From the NCBI GenBank assembly GCA_041499475.1, contig JBGQKI010000010.1, forward strand, positions 1,049 through 65,048: a stretch of DNA of 64,000 nt, given 5' to 3'. How positions within the stretch are numbered: the stretch's first letter is position 1; each line of letters begins with the position of its first letter. Source of the DNA: Thermoplasmata archaeon. GTDB taxonomy: Archaea; Thermoplasmatota; DTKX01; DATEUP01. Positions 18,708 to 28,900 of the stretch are shown here, one piece after another. A program made the position numbers and the translations under genes. The notes below the pieces were generated by a model. The model did no database searches, had not been told where the DNA came from, and saw only the letters and a program-made list of their open reading frames with translations.

Positions 18708-19448
18708 TCACCAGGCCGCGTCGATCTTCAGCGCAAACGCGTTCGAGGTGTCCGCGCTGCACCGCGGGCACGGGCCGCCGCCCGCCGAGCGCACCACATC
18801 GCCCATCACGCCGCCAAGCACCGTGAAGTTCCAGGCGCCCGCGGTGCTGCTCCTGGCACTGTCAGGCAAGGACCACGTCACCGGGCTCGTCGTCGTCGTA
18901 TTGATCGTCCACGACTGGCCGTTTGGCCCCGTTACCTTGAGCCCCAAGGCGTCCGGCTTGTTCGTGAGGAAGATACCCGCGGGCTCGTCCGACCAGCTGA
19001 GCGTCGCCTTCATCGCGCTCAGCGAGCCAGCATCGATCTTCTCCGTCGTGCTGATGTTCGCGTTTTCCAGGACCGTGCCGTTGAACGTGAAGTTGGCGCT
19101 GTGCCCCGTTTCGCCTGGCGGCACGGGCCCCGTACCTGCCGCGTACGACACCGACCCCGCCTGCGCCGCAAACAGCCCCGAGGCCGCTACGATCACCACG
19201 ACCACCACGACGATCCCGATCCTCGCCTTGCGCAGGCCCGACCACCTGCGAAGGCCCACCGTCACCTTCTTCACGATACCCTCTTCGGGCTTCGGGGCCG
19301 TGCGCATCCATTTCGCGCCCCGGCGCACTTCGTCGAAGTACTCGATGAGGAACATCTTCTTCGCCGGCGCCGACGCGGCAACGGGCATCCCGCCCGCCTT
19401 GGACCCCGCGCCTTCGGAGGCGCCTGGCGCGCCCATTCCTTCGCTCAC
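18708..19448 (-). CDS. Single-pass membrane protein with a beta-rich extracellular domain (hypothetical)
   Basis: Charged N-terminus, TM IGIVVVVVVIVAASGLF, sequon-containing domain (NFT, NGT, NIS) with WSDEP...NKPDALGLKVTGPNG. Confidence 0.7.
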   Translation of the reverse strand: MSEGMGAPGASEGAGSKAGGMPVAASAPAKKMFLIEYFDEVRRGAKWMRTAPKPEEGIVKKVTVGLRRWSGLRKARIGIVVVVVVIVAASGLFAAQAGSVSYAAGTGPVPPGETGHSANFTFNGTVLENANISTTEKIDAGSLSAMKATLSWSDEPAGIFLTNKPDALGLKVTGPNGQSWTINTTTTSPVTWSLPDSARSSTAGAWNFTVLGGVMGDVVRSAGGGPCPRCSADTSNAFALKIDAAW

Positions 19449-19520
19449 CGCCGATCCTACCTCGATCTTCGGGGCCGCGTTTGAACCTTTCCCGGAGGGC
19501 CTCCTTCCGGGCCTTCCGCT

Positions 19521-20726
19521 CTACTTGCGCAGCTGCCGCTCGGGCACGCAGGCGTCGTAGATCGATTGGACCACGCCGAGCGACGGGCGGATCCGGCGCT
19601 CCGCGTCCTTCGGCAGCACAATCGGCAGCCGCTTCCCGCACTCCCTGCAGAACGCCCCCTTTTCCCCATCGTCCCCCACGCTCCTCACCTTGAAGAGCGG
19701 CGTCGTGTCGAACCACCGCCGCTTGATGTTCACCGTGCCGCAGTGGTGGCAGTACGTCATCTCCCGCGAGGGGTCCACCACATTCCCGTTGTAGACATAC
19801 TTCAGCCCCTCCTCCTTGGCAATCGCGTACGCCATCTCCAGCGTCTCCTGCGGCGTCTCCACCTTGCCCATCATCTTGTAGTCCGGGTGGAACCTCGAGA
19901 AGTGCGTCGCCGTGAGCTCGCCGGGCACCTCCGCCACCCACCGGCAGAAGTTGCGGATCTCCCGCGGGTCGTCGTTCTCCCCCGGGATGATGAGGTAGGT
20001 TAGCTCCGTGTGGATCCCGAGCTCCAGGCACAGCTCGACGCAGTCGAGCACCGGCTGCAGCCTTGCGTTCGAAACCTTCCGGTAAAACGCGTCCGTGAAC
20101 GCCTTCACATCGATGTTGATTGCGTCCAGGTACGGCGCGATCTCCCGCATCGGCCCTTCGGTCGCAAACCCGTTCGACACCCACACCGAGTAGTAGCCGG
20201 CCTCGTGCGCTCGCCTGCACCCTTCGATGTTCGTCTCGAACCAGATCGTCGGCTCGTTGTACGTCCAAGCGATCCCCTGCGCGCCCGTCCGCTCGATGAG
20301 CGACACCACGTCCTCCGGGGGCACCGACTCGAGGAAGTTCGCGGGCAGCCCCTGGACCTTCGTCACATCGGGCCGCGCCTGCGAAATCTCGAAGTTCTGG
20401 CAGTGACGGCAGCGCATGTTGCACCCGATCGTGCCAAAGGAAAGCACCCGCGTCGTCGGGTGGAAGTGGTATAGCGGCTTCTTCTCAATCGGGTCGACAT
20501 GCCCCGCCGAGGGCAGCGCGTACACCAGCGTGTACAGCTTTTCGTCGATCACCTGACGCACGCCACAGACACCGACGTGGCCCTCGTTGATCTTGCAAAA
20601 CTGCGCGCACAGGTCGCACTGCACCTTCTCGCCCGGCGCCTTGTGCCAGTAGGCGGCCTCCCGCACCCCCGGCGCCCGCGTAAGCTCGCTTCTTGGAAGA
20701 CTCGGGAGGGTCGCGGCCATCACCAA
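19521..20726 (-). CDS. amrS: AmmeMemoRadiSam system radical SAM enzyme
   Basis: N-terminal VQCDLCAQFC...GVCGVR, DPIEKKPLYHFHP, GCNMRCRHCQN, IAWTYNEPTIW, HFSRFHPDY, C-terminal CxxC. Confidence 0.92.
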   Translation of the reverse strand: MVMAATLPSLPRSELTRAPGVREAAYWHKAPGEKVQCDLCAQFCKINEGHVGVCGVRQVIDEKLYTLVYALPSAGHVDPIEKKPLYHFHPTTRVLSFGTIGCNMRCRHCQNFEISQARPDVTKVQGLPANFLESVPPEDVVSLIERTGAQGIAWTYNEPTIWFETNIEGCRRAHEAGYYSVWVSNGFATEGPMREIAPYLDAINIDVKAFTDAFYRKVSNARLQPVLDCVELCLELGIHTELTYLIIPGENDDPREIRNFCRWVAEVPGELTATHFSRFHPDYKMMGKVETPQETLEMAYAIAKEEGLKYVYNGNVVDPSREMTYCHHCGTVNIKRRWFDTTPLFKVRSVGDDGEKGAFCRECGKRLPIVLPKDAERRIRPSLGVVQSIYDACVPERQLRK

Positions 20727-20801
20727 TCACCTGGGAGGCGCCGTATTTGAATGTATGGCGCTGGAGTTTCGCGCGCGCCGCGCGCCGTGCTCAGACGGCC
20801 G

Positions 20802-21896
20802 CTACCTTTGCTCCACAAATCCCGCTTTTGTGCCGCGCGGCCCTGGCGGAGCGCCCGGCAGCCCCGGCCCCGATGGCCCCGCGGGGCCCGACGGAGCGCC
20901 CGGACGGGCTCCCTGTGCAACCATGTCGCGGATCTGCTCGCGCGAATAGGCGACTTGCTGCACTTCCGTCCGGCGGTCCAAGAACAGGAAGAGGAACGAA
21001 AACACGACGGCAACCAAAGTGAAGATCACCGCAATCACCATCGCCTGGCCGAACACCGCCTGCATTTCCACCGACCGGGCCAACTCCTGGCCGAAGGCGC
21101 CCGAAAACGCTTGCGTCACGTAGCTCAAGATCAGGAGCGCCGACACCATGAACACCCCCGCCAGGATCGAACCCCAGGTTAGGAAGTGGTTGATCACCTG
21201 GTTCAGGTTGAACGACTGGAGGTTGCGCTCCACCGCCATCCGGCCCACATCCGTGAAGCGCTGGTAGGCATCGAGGTACTCCATGTAAAGGAAGAACGTG
21301 AACGCGAAGAGCGCCGCTGGGGCGACATAGGCGATGTCGTAGGTAACGAGCGGCGTGAGGATCGGCCGAGCGGCCACCCCGCCGATGATCGCAAACGCCG
21401 AGAAGTAGCTCATCCACTTGCGCCAGTCCTCGTTGAGGAAGGCGAGGAGGCCCATCGCCACCCCGCCGCCCAAAAGCCCGATCCCTAGTCCAAGGTTCAG
21501 CACGTTTTCGTCTTTGACCAGGAGGTGATTGATCGTGAGCGCGAGCCCAAAGGCAGCGAACAGCCACATGATCCCGATGTACTTGATGATCGACACCTTC
21601 GGGAAGGTCGATTCGATGTTGATCCGCGGCGCGGCAACCTCCTCGTCGGGCGGGACGTCTCCGGGCATCCCGGCCACCGGCGGAGCAGGCGGCGGGGCCA
21701 CCACGCCCTGCGGCGGCGGGGGCGGCGCTGCCGAGGGAGGGGCCATTGACCTTGCGGTCGAGGGCGAGGGCGGCGGTCGAGGCGCCTCTTGCGGCGGCGG
21801 AGCCGGCCTCTGCGGCGTCGGAGCTTGCCTCTGGGGCGGCATGGGCGCCTGCCCGACCACCATCACCTTGAGGATCTTGTTCGCCGTGGTTCTCAC
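20802..21896 (-). CDS. Multi-pass membrane protein with Pro-rich termini (last gene of the MoxR operon)
   Basis: About 6-7 hydrophobic segments; Pro-rich N- and C-termini; GTGA overlap with the DUF58 gene. Confidence 0.8.
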   Translation of the reverse strand: MRTTANKILKVMVVGQAPMPPQRQAPTPQRPAPPPQEAPRPPPSPSTARSMAPPSAAPPPPPQGVVAPPPAPPVAGMPGDVPPDEEVAAPRINIESTFPKVSIIKYIGIMWLFAAFGLALTINHLLVKDENVLNLGLGIGLLGGGVAMGLLAFLNEDWRKWMSYFSAFAIIGGVAARPILTPLVTYDIAYVAPAALFAFTFFLYMEYLDAYQRFTDVGRMAVERNLQSFNLNQVINHFLTWGSILAGVFMVSALLILSYVTQAFSGAFGQELARSVEMQAVFGQAMVIAVIFTLVAVVFSFLFLFLDRRTEVQQVAYSREQIRDMVAQGARPGAPSGPAGPSGPGLPGAPPGPRGTKAGFVEQR

Positions 21897-23173
21897 CTCT
21901 TCGCCAACTGCTGCGCCGCCGAGAGCAGCGCCGCCACAAGCGGAATCTTCGGGTCCCAGTCAATCACGCGAGCCCCGTACCCGCGCAGGTCCTGGATCAT
22001 GACGTCGCGCTCCAGGCGCAGCACCTCGTAGGGCATCGTGTGCTCGATGCCCGGCTCCATCCTCGAGCGGGCAAACAACTCGAAGTCAATCGAGTTCGGC
22101 GAGAGCACCGTCACGTCGAACTCCAGCGTCCGCAGTTGGGACACGGCCTTGATCAGCGAAGGGTCGTCGTCGAGGCCCGTCAGCAGGATCACCGGGGAGC
22201 GCTTCGGGAAGTACGGCGCCCCCACATCCACGACGCCCTGCAGCGGCAGCGAACCCTTCGGTTCGGCGTTTGCAAGCGCCGTGAGAATCTCAAAGAGCTG
22301 CTTCTGGCCCTGCCCTTGCTTGATCATCAGGAGCTTCTCGCCGTAGATCACGAGCCCGACGCTGTCGCGCCGCTTCAGGAAATAGTTCGTAAGCGTCGCC
22401 GCCGCCCGCGTCGAGGAGAGCAACGCGTTCCTCCCGTCCGTCCCGGTCGCCGACGCCGCCCGGGCATCCACGATGATCATGATGTCCGAAACCGCTTCGC
22501 GCTCCTTCTCGTTGACGAGCAACTTCCCCGTCTTGGCGTACGCCTTCCAGTTGATCGACTTGAAGGGGTCGCCCGGCGCGTAGTCCCGGATGAGGAAAAA
22601 CTCCGAGCCTGGCCCCGGCTGCTTCACCTTCGACGCGCCCGGGTAAAGCTTCGGCGCCCTCGACTTCAGCGGGACATCCTTGATGTCAAAGACAATCGGG
22701 AACACCGTCAAGTGGTCAATCACGTCCAGCTTCAGTTCCTTGTAGAAAACCGTGAACGGGTCCTGCGCGCGCAACGTCACCGGCCCGACCTCGAAAATCC
22801 CACGGACCGGCGCCTTCACACTGTAGGAAAGTGCGAGCGACTCCTCCGCCTTCAAGTCCACGATGAGGTAGTTCGTCCCCTTCGTGATCTCAAGCTGCCG
22901 AGGCAGCTTGTCGCGCAGCTCCAGGTACCCCGTGCGGCCGCCCTTGTTGATGAGGTTCAGCTTGATCTCCACTTCGCCGTCTTCGAAGATCTTCTCCGAG
23001 GAAATCTCCCGCGACGACACCACCTTGTGCAGGCGCGTGAAGAACACGAGGACGGAAAGGGCGCTGAGCAGGAAAGCGGTGAGGGCAAGCAGGAACACCG
23101 AGCGGGTGGCGAGCCCGAGCAAGCCCGCCACAATAGCCATCGCGAGGTAGAACCAGCCCTTCCGCGTCCACAT
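21893..23173 (-). CDS. DUF58 domain protein (MoxR partner)
   Basis: N-terminal TMs, PVRGIFEVGP, GPGSEFFLIRDYAPGDPFKSINWKAYAKTGKLLVNEKERE, RDSVGL. Confidence 0.92.
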   Translation of the reverse strand: MWTRKGWFYLAMAIVAGLLGLATRSVFLLALTAFLLSALSVLVFFTRLHKVVSSREISSEKIFEDGEVEIKLNLINKGGRTGYLELRDKLPRQLEITKGTNYLIVDLKAEESLALSYSVKAPVRGIFEVGPVTLRAQDPFTVFYKELKLDVIDHLTVFPIVFDIKDVPLKSRAPKLYPGASKVKQPGPGSEFFLIRDYAPGDPFKSINWKAYAKTGKLLVNEKEREAVSDIMIIVDARAASATGTDGRNALLSSTRAAATLTNYFLKRRDSVGLVIYGEKLLMIKQGQGQKQLFEILTALANAEPKGSLPLQGVVDVGAPYFPKRSPVILLTGLDDDPSLIKAVSQLRTLEFDVTVLSPNSIDFELFARSRMEPGIEHTMPYEVLRLERDVMIQDLRGYGARVIDWDPKIPLVAALLSAAQQLAKR

Positions 23174-23222
23174 ACTGCCTTGTCACCCCCCTTTTCCGTC
23201 CTACAATTCAAGGTGCCCCCAA

Positions 23223-23251
23223 GGGGCGCGCGCGGGTCTCGCGCGCGCCCC
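23223..23251. other. Perfect 12-bp GC hairpin between moxR and the DUF58 gene
   Basis: GGGGCGCGCGCG-GGTCT-CGCGCGCGCCCC read directly from the sequence. Confidence 0.8.
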
Positions 23252-23269
23252 CCGAGGTCGAAAACCGGC

Positions 23270-24460
23270 CTACACGGCCGGGACGGGTACCTCCGCCATG
23301 ATCTTGTTCGTGATGTCCTCGGGCAAGACCCCGCGGATGCGCGGTTCCGGCTTGAGGATAATCCGGTGGTTGAGCCCCGAGCCCGCGATCGCCTTGATGT
23401 CATCGGGCGTGATGTAGTCGCGTCCGAAGATCACCGCCCGCGCGCGCGCCAGCTTGAAAAGGGCCAGCGAGCCGCGCGGCGAGGACCCGACAAGCACGCG
23501 CGGGTCTTCGCGCGTGCGCGTCACGATCTCGACCATGTAGGTCATAATTGCAGGGTCGATGTGCACCTTTTCGACGATGTTCTGCATCAGCGTGATCTTC
23601 TCCGGGTTGGTGATCACATTGATGTCGACGTCGTCCTTGCGCCGGATCTCGCGGCGCAGGAGGATCTCCTTCTCGTCTGCCCTCGAGGGGTAGCCGACGC
23701 TCATCTTCATCATGAATCGGTCGACTTGCGCCTCAGGCAGGGGGTAGGTCCCCTCCTGCTCGATCGGGTTCTGCGTCGCCATCACCAGGAAGGGCTTGGG
23801 CAGGATGTGCGTCACGCCTTCGATGGTCACTTGGCGCTCTTGCATGGCCTCGAGCAGCGCGGCCTGTGTCTTGGGGGGCGCGCGGTTGATCTCGTCGGCG
23901 AGCAGGATGTTCGTAAAGATCGGGCCCTGCCGGAACTTGAATTCGTTGTCCTTCTCGTCGTACACGTAGGTGCCGGTGATGTCCGTGGGCAAAAGGTCGG
24001 GCGTGAACTGGATGCGTTTGAAGGTCGCACCGAGCGCGCGCGCGAACGTGTTGGCCATCAGCGTCTTGGCAAGGCCGGGGAAGTCCTCGAAGAGGATGTG
24101 CCCGTTTGCAAGGAGCCCGATGGCGACGTTCGTCAGCACTTCCTGCTTGCCGATGATGGCTTTGCTGACCTCCTGGAGGAGGATCTTCGTGGTCTCCGAG
24201 ACCATCTGGATCTCCTCGGGGGTCGCACCGCCGCCAATGGCCGCGGGTCGCGGGGCGGCAGGGCGTTGTGCCGCCGGCATGGGTGCCGGGGCCGGTCTCG
24301 GCGCTCCAGGCGGCGCGCCCGGCATGGGTGCCGGGGCGGGCCGAGGCGCAGGGGCCGGCTGGGGCCGCGGGGGTTGCCCGCCTTGCCCTGGCTGGGGAGC
24401 CTGCGCGCTGAAGCGCTGCATGTTCTCGTTGTTTCCAATTCCGCTCGGTCGTTCCTCCAT
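23270..24460 (-). CDS. moxR: MoxR family AAA+ ATPase with a Pro-rich N-terminal extension
   Basis: GHILFEDFPGLAKT, RIQFTPDLLPTDITG, LLADEINRAPPKTQAALLEAMQE, ATQNPIEQEGTYPLPEAQVDRF; start ATG 24460 or 24421. Confidence 0.95.
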   Translation of the reverse strand: MEERPSGIGNNENMQRFSAQAPQPGQGGQPPRPQPAPAPRPAPAPMPGAPPGAPRPAPAPMPAAQRPAAPRPAAIGGGATPEEIQMVSETTKILLQEVSKAIIGKQEVLTNVAIGLLANGHILFEDFPGLAKTLMANTFARALGATFKRIQFTPDLLPTDITGTYVYDEKDNEFKFRQGPIFTNILLADEINRAPPKTQAALLEAMQERQVTIEGVTHILPKPFLVMATQNPIEQEGTYPLPEAQVDRFMMKMSVGYPSRADEKEILLRREIRRKDDVDINVITNPEKITLMQNIVEKVHIDPAIMTYMVEIVTRTREDPRVLVGSSPRGSLALFKLARARAVIFGRDYITPDDIKAIAGSGLNHRIILKPEPRIRGVLPEDITNKIMAEVPVPAV

Positions 24461-24504
24461 CGTTCCACTCCCTCGTTGTTGCTCGTACGTACAGGTGATC
24501 GCGA

Positions 24505-25857
24505 CTACTTGCCCCAGGTCCGGATCCGCTCGGCGGCGGGGCGCAGCTCCTCGGGGGCCCACGCGCGCCCCGGGTTCATGATGAGGTCGATGAGCATGGG
24601 GTCCCGGATCATGGTCTTGAGCTGATCGGGCGGGACCGCGTTGAATTCTTCCACGCTCATCGAATGGGTCATCTGGATCTTGAGGCGGGCGACGTTGCGC
24701 AGGCGCTCGAGCTGGACGGCGCCGGTCTCGGGCAACAGTGCGCGAGGGTGAAAGGTCGACAGGTCGAACTTGTGGATCCAATTCTCGCGGTCCTTGGCGC
24801 GAAGCACGACGATGGCGCAGATGAGGGCGGCGCCGCCGATCAGCATGGAGGCGAACTCGGCCCTGGAGGTGGCGACCGCAGTGGCCTCGACGGAGGAGTA
24901 GATCGCCTGGGTTCCCGGGTTGTGGAGGTGGCGGGAGTCGTCGATGACAAGGACGCCGCCGTCGGGGAGCATGGTCTTGATGAGGGCGACGGCGAAGTCG
25001 GCATTCCCGCGGATGGTCGCGTTGTGTTCCTTGGGGGTCCCCATCATCTCGTTGGAGAAGACGGACGCGTCGGAGATGAAGTACGCCTCGCCGAGGGTGG
25101 GAACGTAGACGGAGAGGCCGCCCGAGGTGACGTTGGTCTGGAGGCGGGCCTGGATAATCGTCGTGATGTTGCCCTTCTTGTCGCCGATGTTGACGGTGCC
25201 GGAGCGGTCGATGTCGGCGTAGCACTTCTCGGAGCAGTGGGCGATGACGTTGGTGGCGACTTCGGGGTTTTGGATGAGGGTGATGCCGGTGGGGGCGTTG
25301 AACTCGACGTAGTAGTCCTGCCCGGCGAAGGTGAACTTCACGATCGGCAGCGAGATGTTCTGGGCGTAGTGGGGGACGACATTGTCGGGGGGGAAGTTGG
25401 TGTCGTCAAGGTCCCAGAGGTCTGTGCCGAAGTAGAAGATGCCGAATTTCTGGGCGAGGGTGTTGGCGTAGCCGAAGTCGTCGGCGATGAGGAGGTGGCC
25501 GCCGGCCTTCTCGAGGTCGACGAGCGCGTTGGCCTCTTCGGCGCGGTAGTCGCGCGAGACGCCCGCGGCGAAGTACACGACCTTTTCGGGGTTTTGGAGC
25601 CCGAGCAGGACGGAGGGGGAGCCCACGAGCGTCGACACGGTGTACTTGCCGCCGTTGGCCGGGTCGCCGTCGATGGTGTCGACGGCGTTTGCGAAGATGC
25701 CAAGGTCGCGGTAGCCGTTGTTGTCGGTGGAGGGGTCCATTTGGAAGGGGCGCAGGGTCTCGCCGCCCTGCACGGGCCCCAACAAGGCGGGGACGACGCC
25801 GTAGAGGATGACGCCCGTGACCAGCACGATCACGGCAAGGAGGGGTTTGAGCAGCAT
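24505..25857 (-). CDS. DUF4350-like membrane-anchored protein
   Basis: N-terminal TM, GGHLLIADDFGYANTL, ISDASVFSNEM, LVIDDSRH, second TM near the C-terminus; directly upstream of moxR. Confidence 0.8.
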   Translation of the reverse strand: MLLKPLLAVIVLVTGVILYGVVPALLGPVQGGETLRPFQMDPSTDNNGYRDLGIFANAVDTIDGDPANGGKYTVSTLVGSPSVLLGLQNPEKVVYFAAGVSRDYRAEEANALVDLEKAGGHLLIADDFGYANTLAQKFGIFYFGTDLWDLDDTNFPPDNVVPHYAQNISLPIVKFTFAGQDYYVEFNAPTGITLIQNPEVATNVIAHCSEKCYADIDRSGTVNIGDKKGNITTIIQARLQTNVTSGGLSVYVPTLGEAYFISDASVFSNEMMGTPKEHNATIRGNADFAVALIKTMLPDGGVLVIDDSRHLHNPGTQAIYSSVEATAVATSRAEFASMLIGGAALICAIVVLRAKDRENWIHKFDLSTFHPRALLPETGAVQLERLRNVARLKIQMTHSMSVEEFNAVPPDQLKTMIRDPMLIDLIMNPGRAWAPEELRPAAERIRTWGK

Positions 25858-25940
25858 GGAACCTTTCACCGACCGGTTTCTGGCATCTTAACGGTTCCGA
25901 CCTTTGGCGTTCACTCTGGGTGGGGTTCGGGGCTCGCGGT

Positions 25941-28900
25941 TCACGTGGGGGGCGGGGCGCCGGGCTCGAGGGGAGCGGTGGGGGGAGGCGGCGGGGGCGG
26001 CGGAGCGGCAGGCGGGGGTGATGCGACCGCGCCTTGGCCCGTGAGCAGGACCTGCTCGATGGACGCGCTCACCGCGCGCAGGGTGGCCACGGCGCGGTCC
26101 TTCTGTTCGGCGCCGATCTCGTGGTCGCTGTAGCGCGCCTCTTCGAGGATGGAGAGGAATTCGTCCATGGACTTCGCGTCGATGGGCAGCGCTTGGCGCA
26201 GCGCGATCTCGAATTCGCGGAAGGTCTCGCTGTCTTTGCGCAGGTAGCCGTTCGTCTGGAGGAAGCGCGCGAGCGAGCGGTAGGCCTCGAAGATCGCCTG
26301 CGCGTAGGTGTTGCCGGCCACGAGCCGGTCGGCGGCGCGCCTGATGATGCGCTGCATCTTCTGCAGTTGGCGCTGCTTGGCGGTGTACCAGAGGACGTAG
26401 AAGGCGCCCGCGAAGATCGTGCCCACGGCGGCCACCGCGATGTAGATGAGGGTGTTGTCGACCGGGACGGGGGGCGCCTGCCGGTACTCGTACTTCACGG
26501 TGACGTTGCCTTCGCCGCCGCGCAGGCAGAGGGTGCGCAGGTTGATGAAGGTCGGGCAGAACGAGCCATTGAAGACGCCGACGAGGGAGCGGTTGCCCAC
26601 CACGAAGTCTTCCCATGTGACGTTGAATTCGAATCGGCCGAGGTCGTCGATGGAGCCGGCCTCGACAAAACGGCGCTCTTCGAGGACGCCGGCCCCGGAC
26701 TGGACGGCGTAGAACAGGCGGATGTCGCCGGAGCCGAGGGGCACGCCGAGTTCGTCGGTGACCTGGAGGAACCCGGAGAGTTCCTCCTGCTGGTGGACGA
26801 CGTCGCTCGAAATGTTGAAGGGAGCGCCGTTGAGGGTGAAGGTCTCGGTGAGGAAGGAGACGACGGCCTGGCCCCGGATGACGATGGGGGTCTCGTTCAA
26901 CGCCGAGTCGTAGAACTCCGAGCCGTTGTACTCGAAGGCGAGGATGGTCTGGCCCCAGGGCAGGTCGGCGGGCACCGAGGAGCGGAAGTTGACCTTGCCT
27001 TCGGAATTCGTGCGCTGCTGGGTGAGCTGGCGGTCCTGGATGCGGATGCCCACACCTTCCTGGCCCACGGCGGTACCGGCGATGTTGCCCTCGTAGACCT
27101 CGTAGAGGACGGCCGAGACGTTGAGGTTCTTGCCGCGGTCGAAGAGCTGCGAGTGGTCGGCGCGGTCGATGCGCGTGTGGGCTTTGACGGTGACTTGGGA
27201 GATGGTCTCGTTGGCGCGGTAGATGGGATTGCCGTTGAATCGCAGGAGCACCTGCTTGCTGCCGACGGTCATGTCCGTGGGGATCGCGTGGGCGACCGAG
27301 TAGGTGCCGTCGGGGTTGGTGGAAACGACGGCGACCTGCTCGAAGTCGAGGAAGATTTGGACGGTCTGCTTGTCGATCCCCACGCCGCGGTCGTCGAGCA
27401 TGGTGCCGTTGAGCCAGAGGTACGAGCCCTTGTACACGCTCACGTTGGTGAATTGGATGATGACTTCGGAGACGACGGACCAGTTGATGTTGGAGGAAAG
27501 CGCGGTGAAGGTGTCGGAGCCGGGGTAGGTGAGTTGGACGAGCTTCTTGCCAAGCACCGCGTCGAAGCGGACATCTTTGGTCGCGACGAAGCCGCCGGTG
27601 GAGTTGGTGTTCGTGCCGACCTGGCCGTCGGGGATCTCGGAGTCGTCGTCGCCGCCGACGTCCCAGCGCAGGCGGATGAGTTCGCCGTCGACGGGGTCGC
27701 CGCGCTGGCGGTCGTAGCGCGACTCGGAGGGGATGATGCGGATCTCGCCGGTGACCTTCGCGGTGTGGGCGCGGTAGACCCAGCGGTCGGATTCGGCGGG
27801 CCAGGTGACATAGGTGTGGCCCATCAGGCGGTAGACATCGACGCCGACCGCGTTGGTGTAGAAGCGGGAGCCCGCGAAGGTGAACGTCACGTTGTGGAGG
27901 CCGAGGTTCTGGGGGATCGCGACGACGTAACCGAGGTCGAATTTGCCGTCGCTGTCGACTTCCTTCTTGTCCTGGAGGACCGCGGGGATGTCAAATTGGT
28001 CGTTCCAATCGGGGTCCCACTCGATGTGGACTTGGATCCGGTCGAGGGGGTTAAGGGGGTCGGGAGACAGGGGTTGGCCCGTGTTGTCAAGGAGGCGGCC
28101 GGCGATGGTGAGGGCCTTGCCGCGGAAGCCGATCTTGTCGGCTTCGGCGAGGTCGAACACGAAGTGGGCGCGCCGCTGGACATCGAGGCGGATCTGCTCC
28201 TTGGAGTCGGAGGCTTGGTAGGCGAGGTCCCAGCGGGGGCTGGTGACAGGGGTGACGCCGTCGGCGAGGTCGAACGGGATACCCTCGGAGAACCGGGCGA
28301 CGATGACGTGCGTGGCGGCGGGGGTGTCGCCCGGGACGGTGAAGGAGAAGGTGAAGGCGCCTGCGCCCGTGGTGACCGCGGTGTGGTCGACGGACTTGAG
28401 GTGGAAGCCGATGACGACGGAGGGCGCCCCGATGAAGTAGGTGAGGTTGAGTGAGCCCCCGAGCCACGTGGGTCGGCCAGCCAGGTCGGGCTGGGAAGTG
28501 ACCACGCCCGAGGTGGCGGTGGCGGAGAGGAGCGAGTTGTTGAGCCAGGTCTTGCCGCCGTTGGTTGAAGCGGCGACCTCGAGGTAGTCATCGAAGGCGA
28601 GCTGGTAGGCGAAGAAGAAACTCGCCGTGGGGTAGGGGTCGGAGGTGGCGGTCAGGTCGATCGAGGGGGAGACGAGCCAGGTGTCGAGGCCCTTGCCGTA
28701 GTCGCCTTCGAGGCCAGCGCCGGCGAGGTGGACGGAGCCGGGGATGGTGGGGTTGGCGGGCCCGTTGGGGTTGGTGAGTTCGCCGACCTTCCAGGTGCCG
28801 ATCCCAGCGCCGGTCTGGTTCCAATGGGACTGGTTGAGGTCCTCGAAGTCGTCGGAGAAGGGGGTGCCGGTGACGATGACGTCGTCGACGAAGGCGCCCG

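Noticed and set aside
19521-20726. amrS without amrA/amrB neighbours
   Set aside because: The AmmeMemoRadiSam genes are often dispersed in archaea; not informative from one window.
24425-24470. ORB-like strings (GGAATTGGAAAC on the - strand; also TTCCAAGTGGAG at about 30175)
   Set aside because: Partial matches only, inside coding sequence, with no G-string and not repeated.
24461-25225. 651-aa MoxR N-terminal extension in the ORF track
   Set aside because: Overlaps the DUF4350 gene in another frame; the real start is at about 24460.
22040-28454. Long + strand ORFs 22040-24625, 24664-26133 and 26034-28454
   Set aside because: Antisense shadows of well-supported - strand genes; stop-poor because of high GC; no recognisable motifs.
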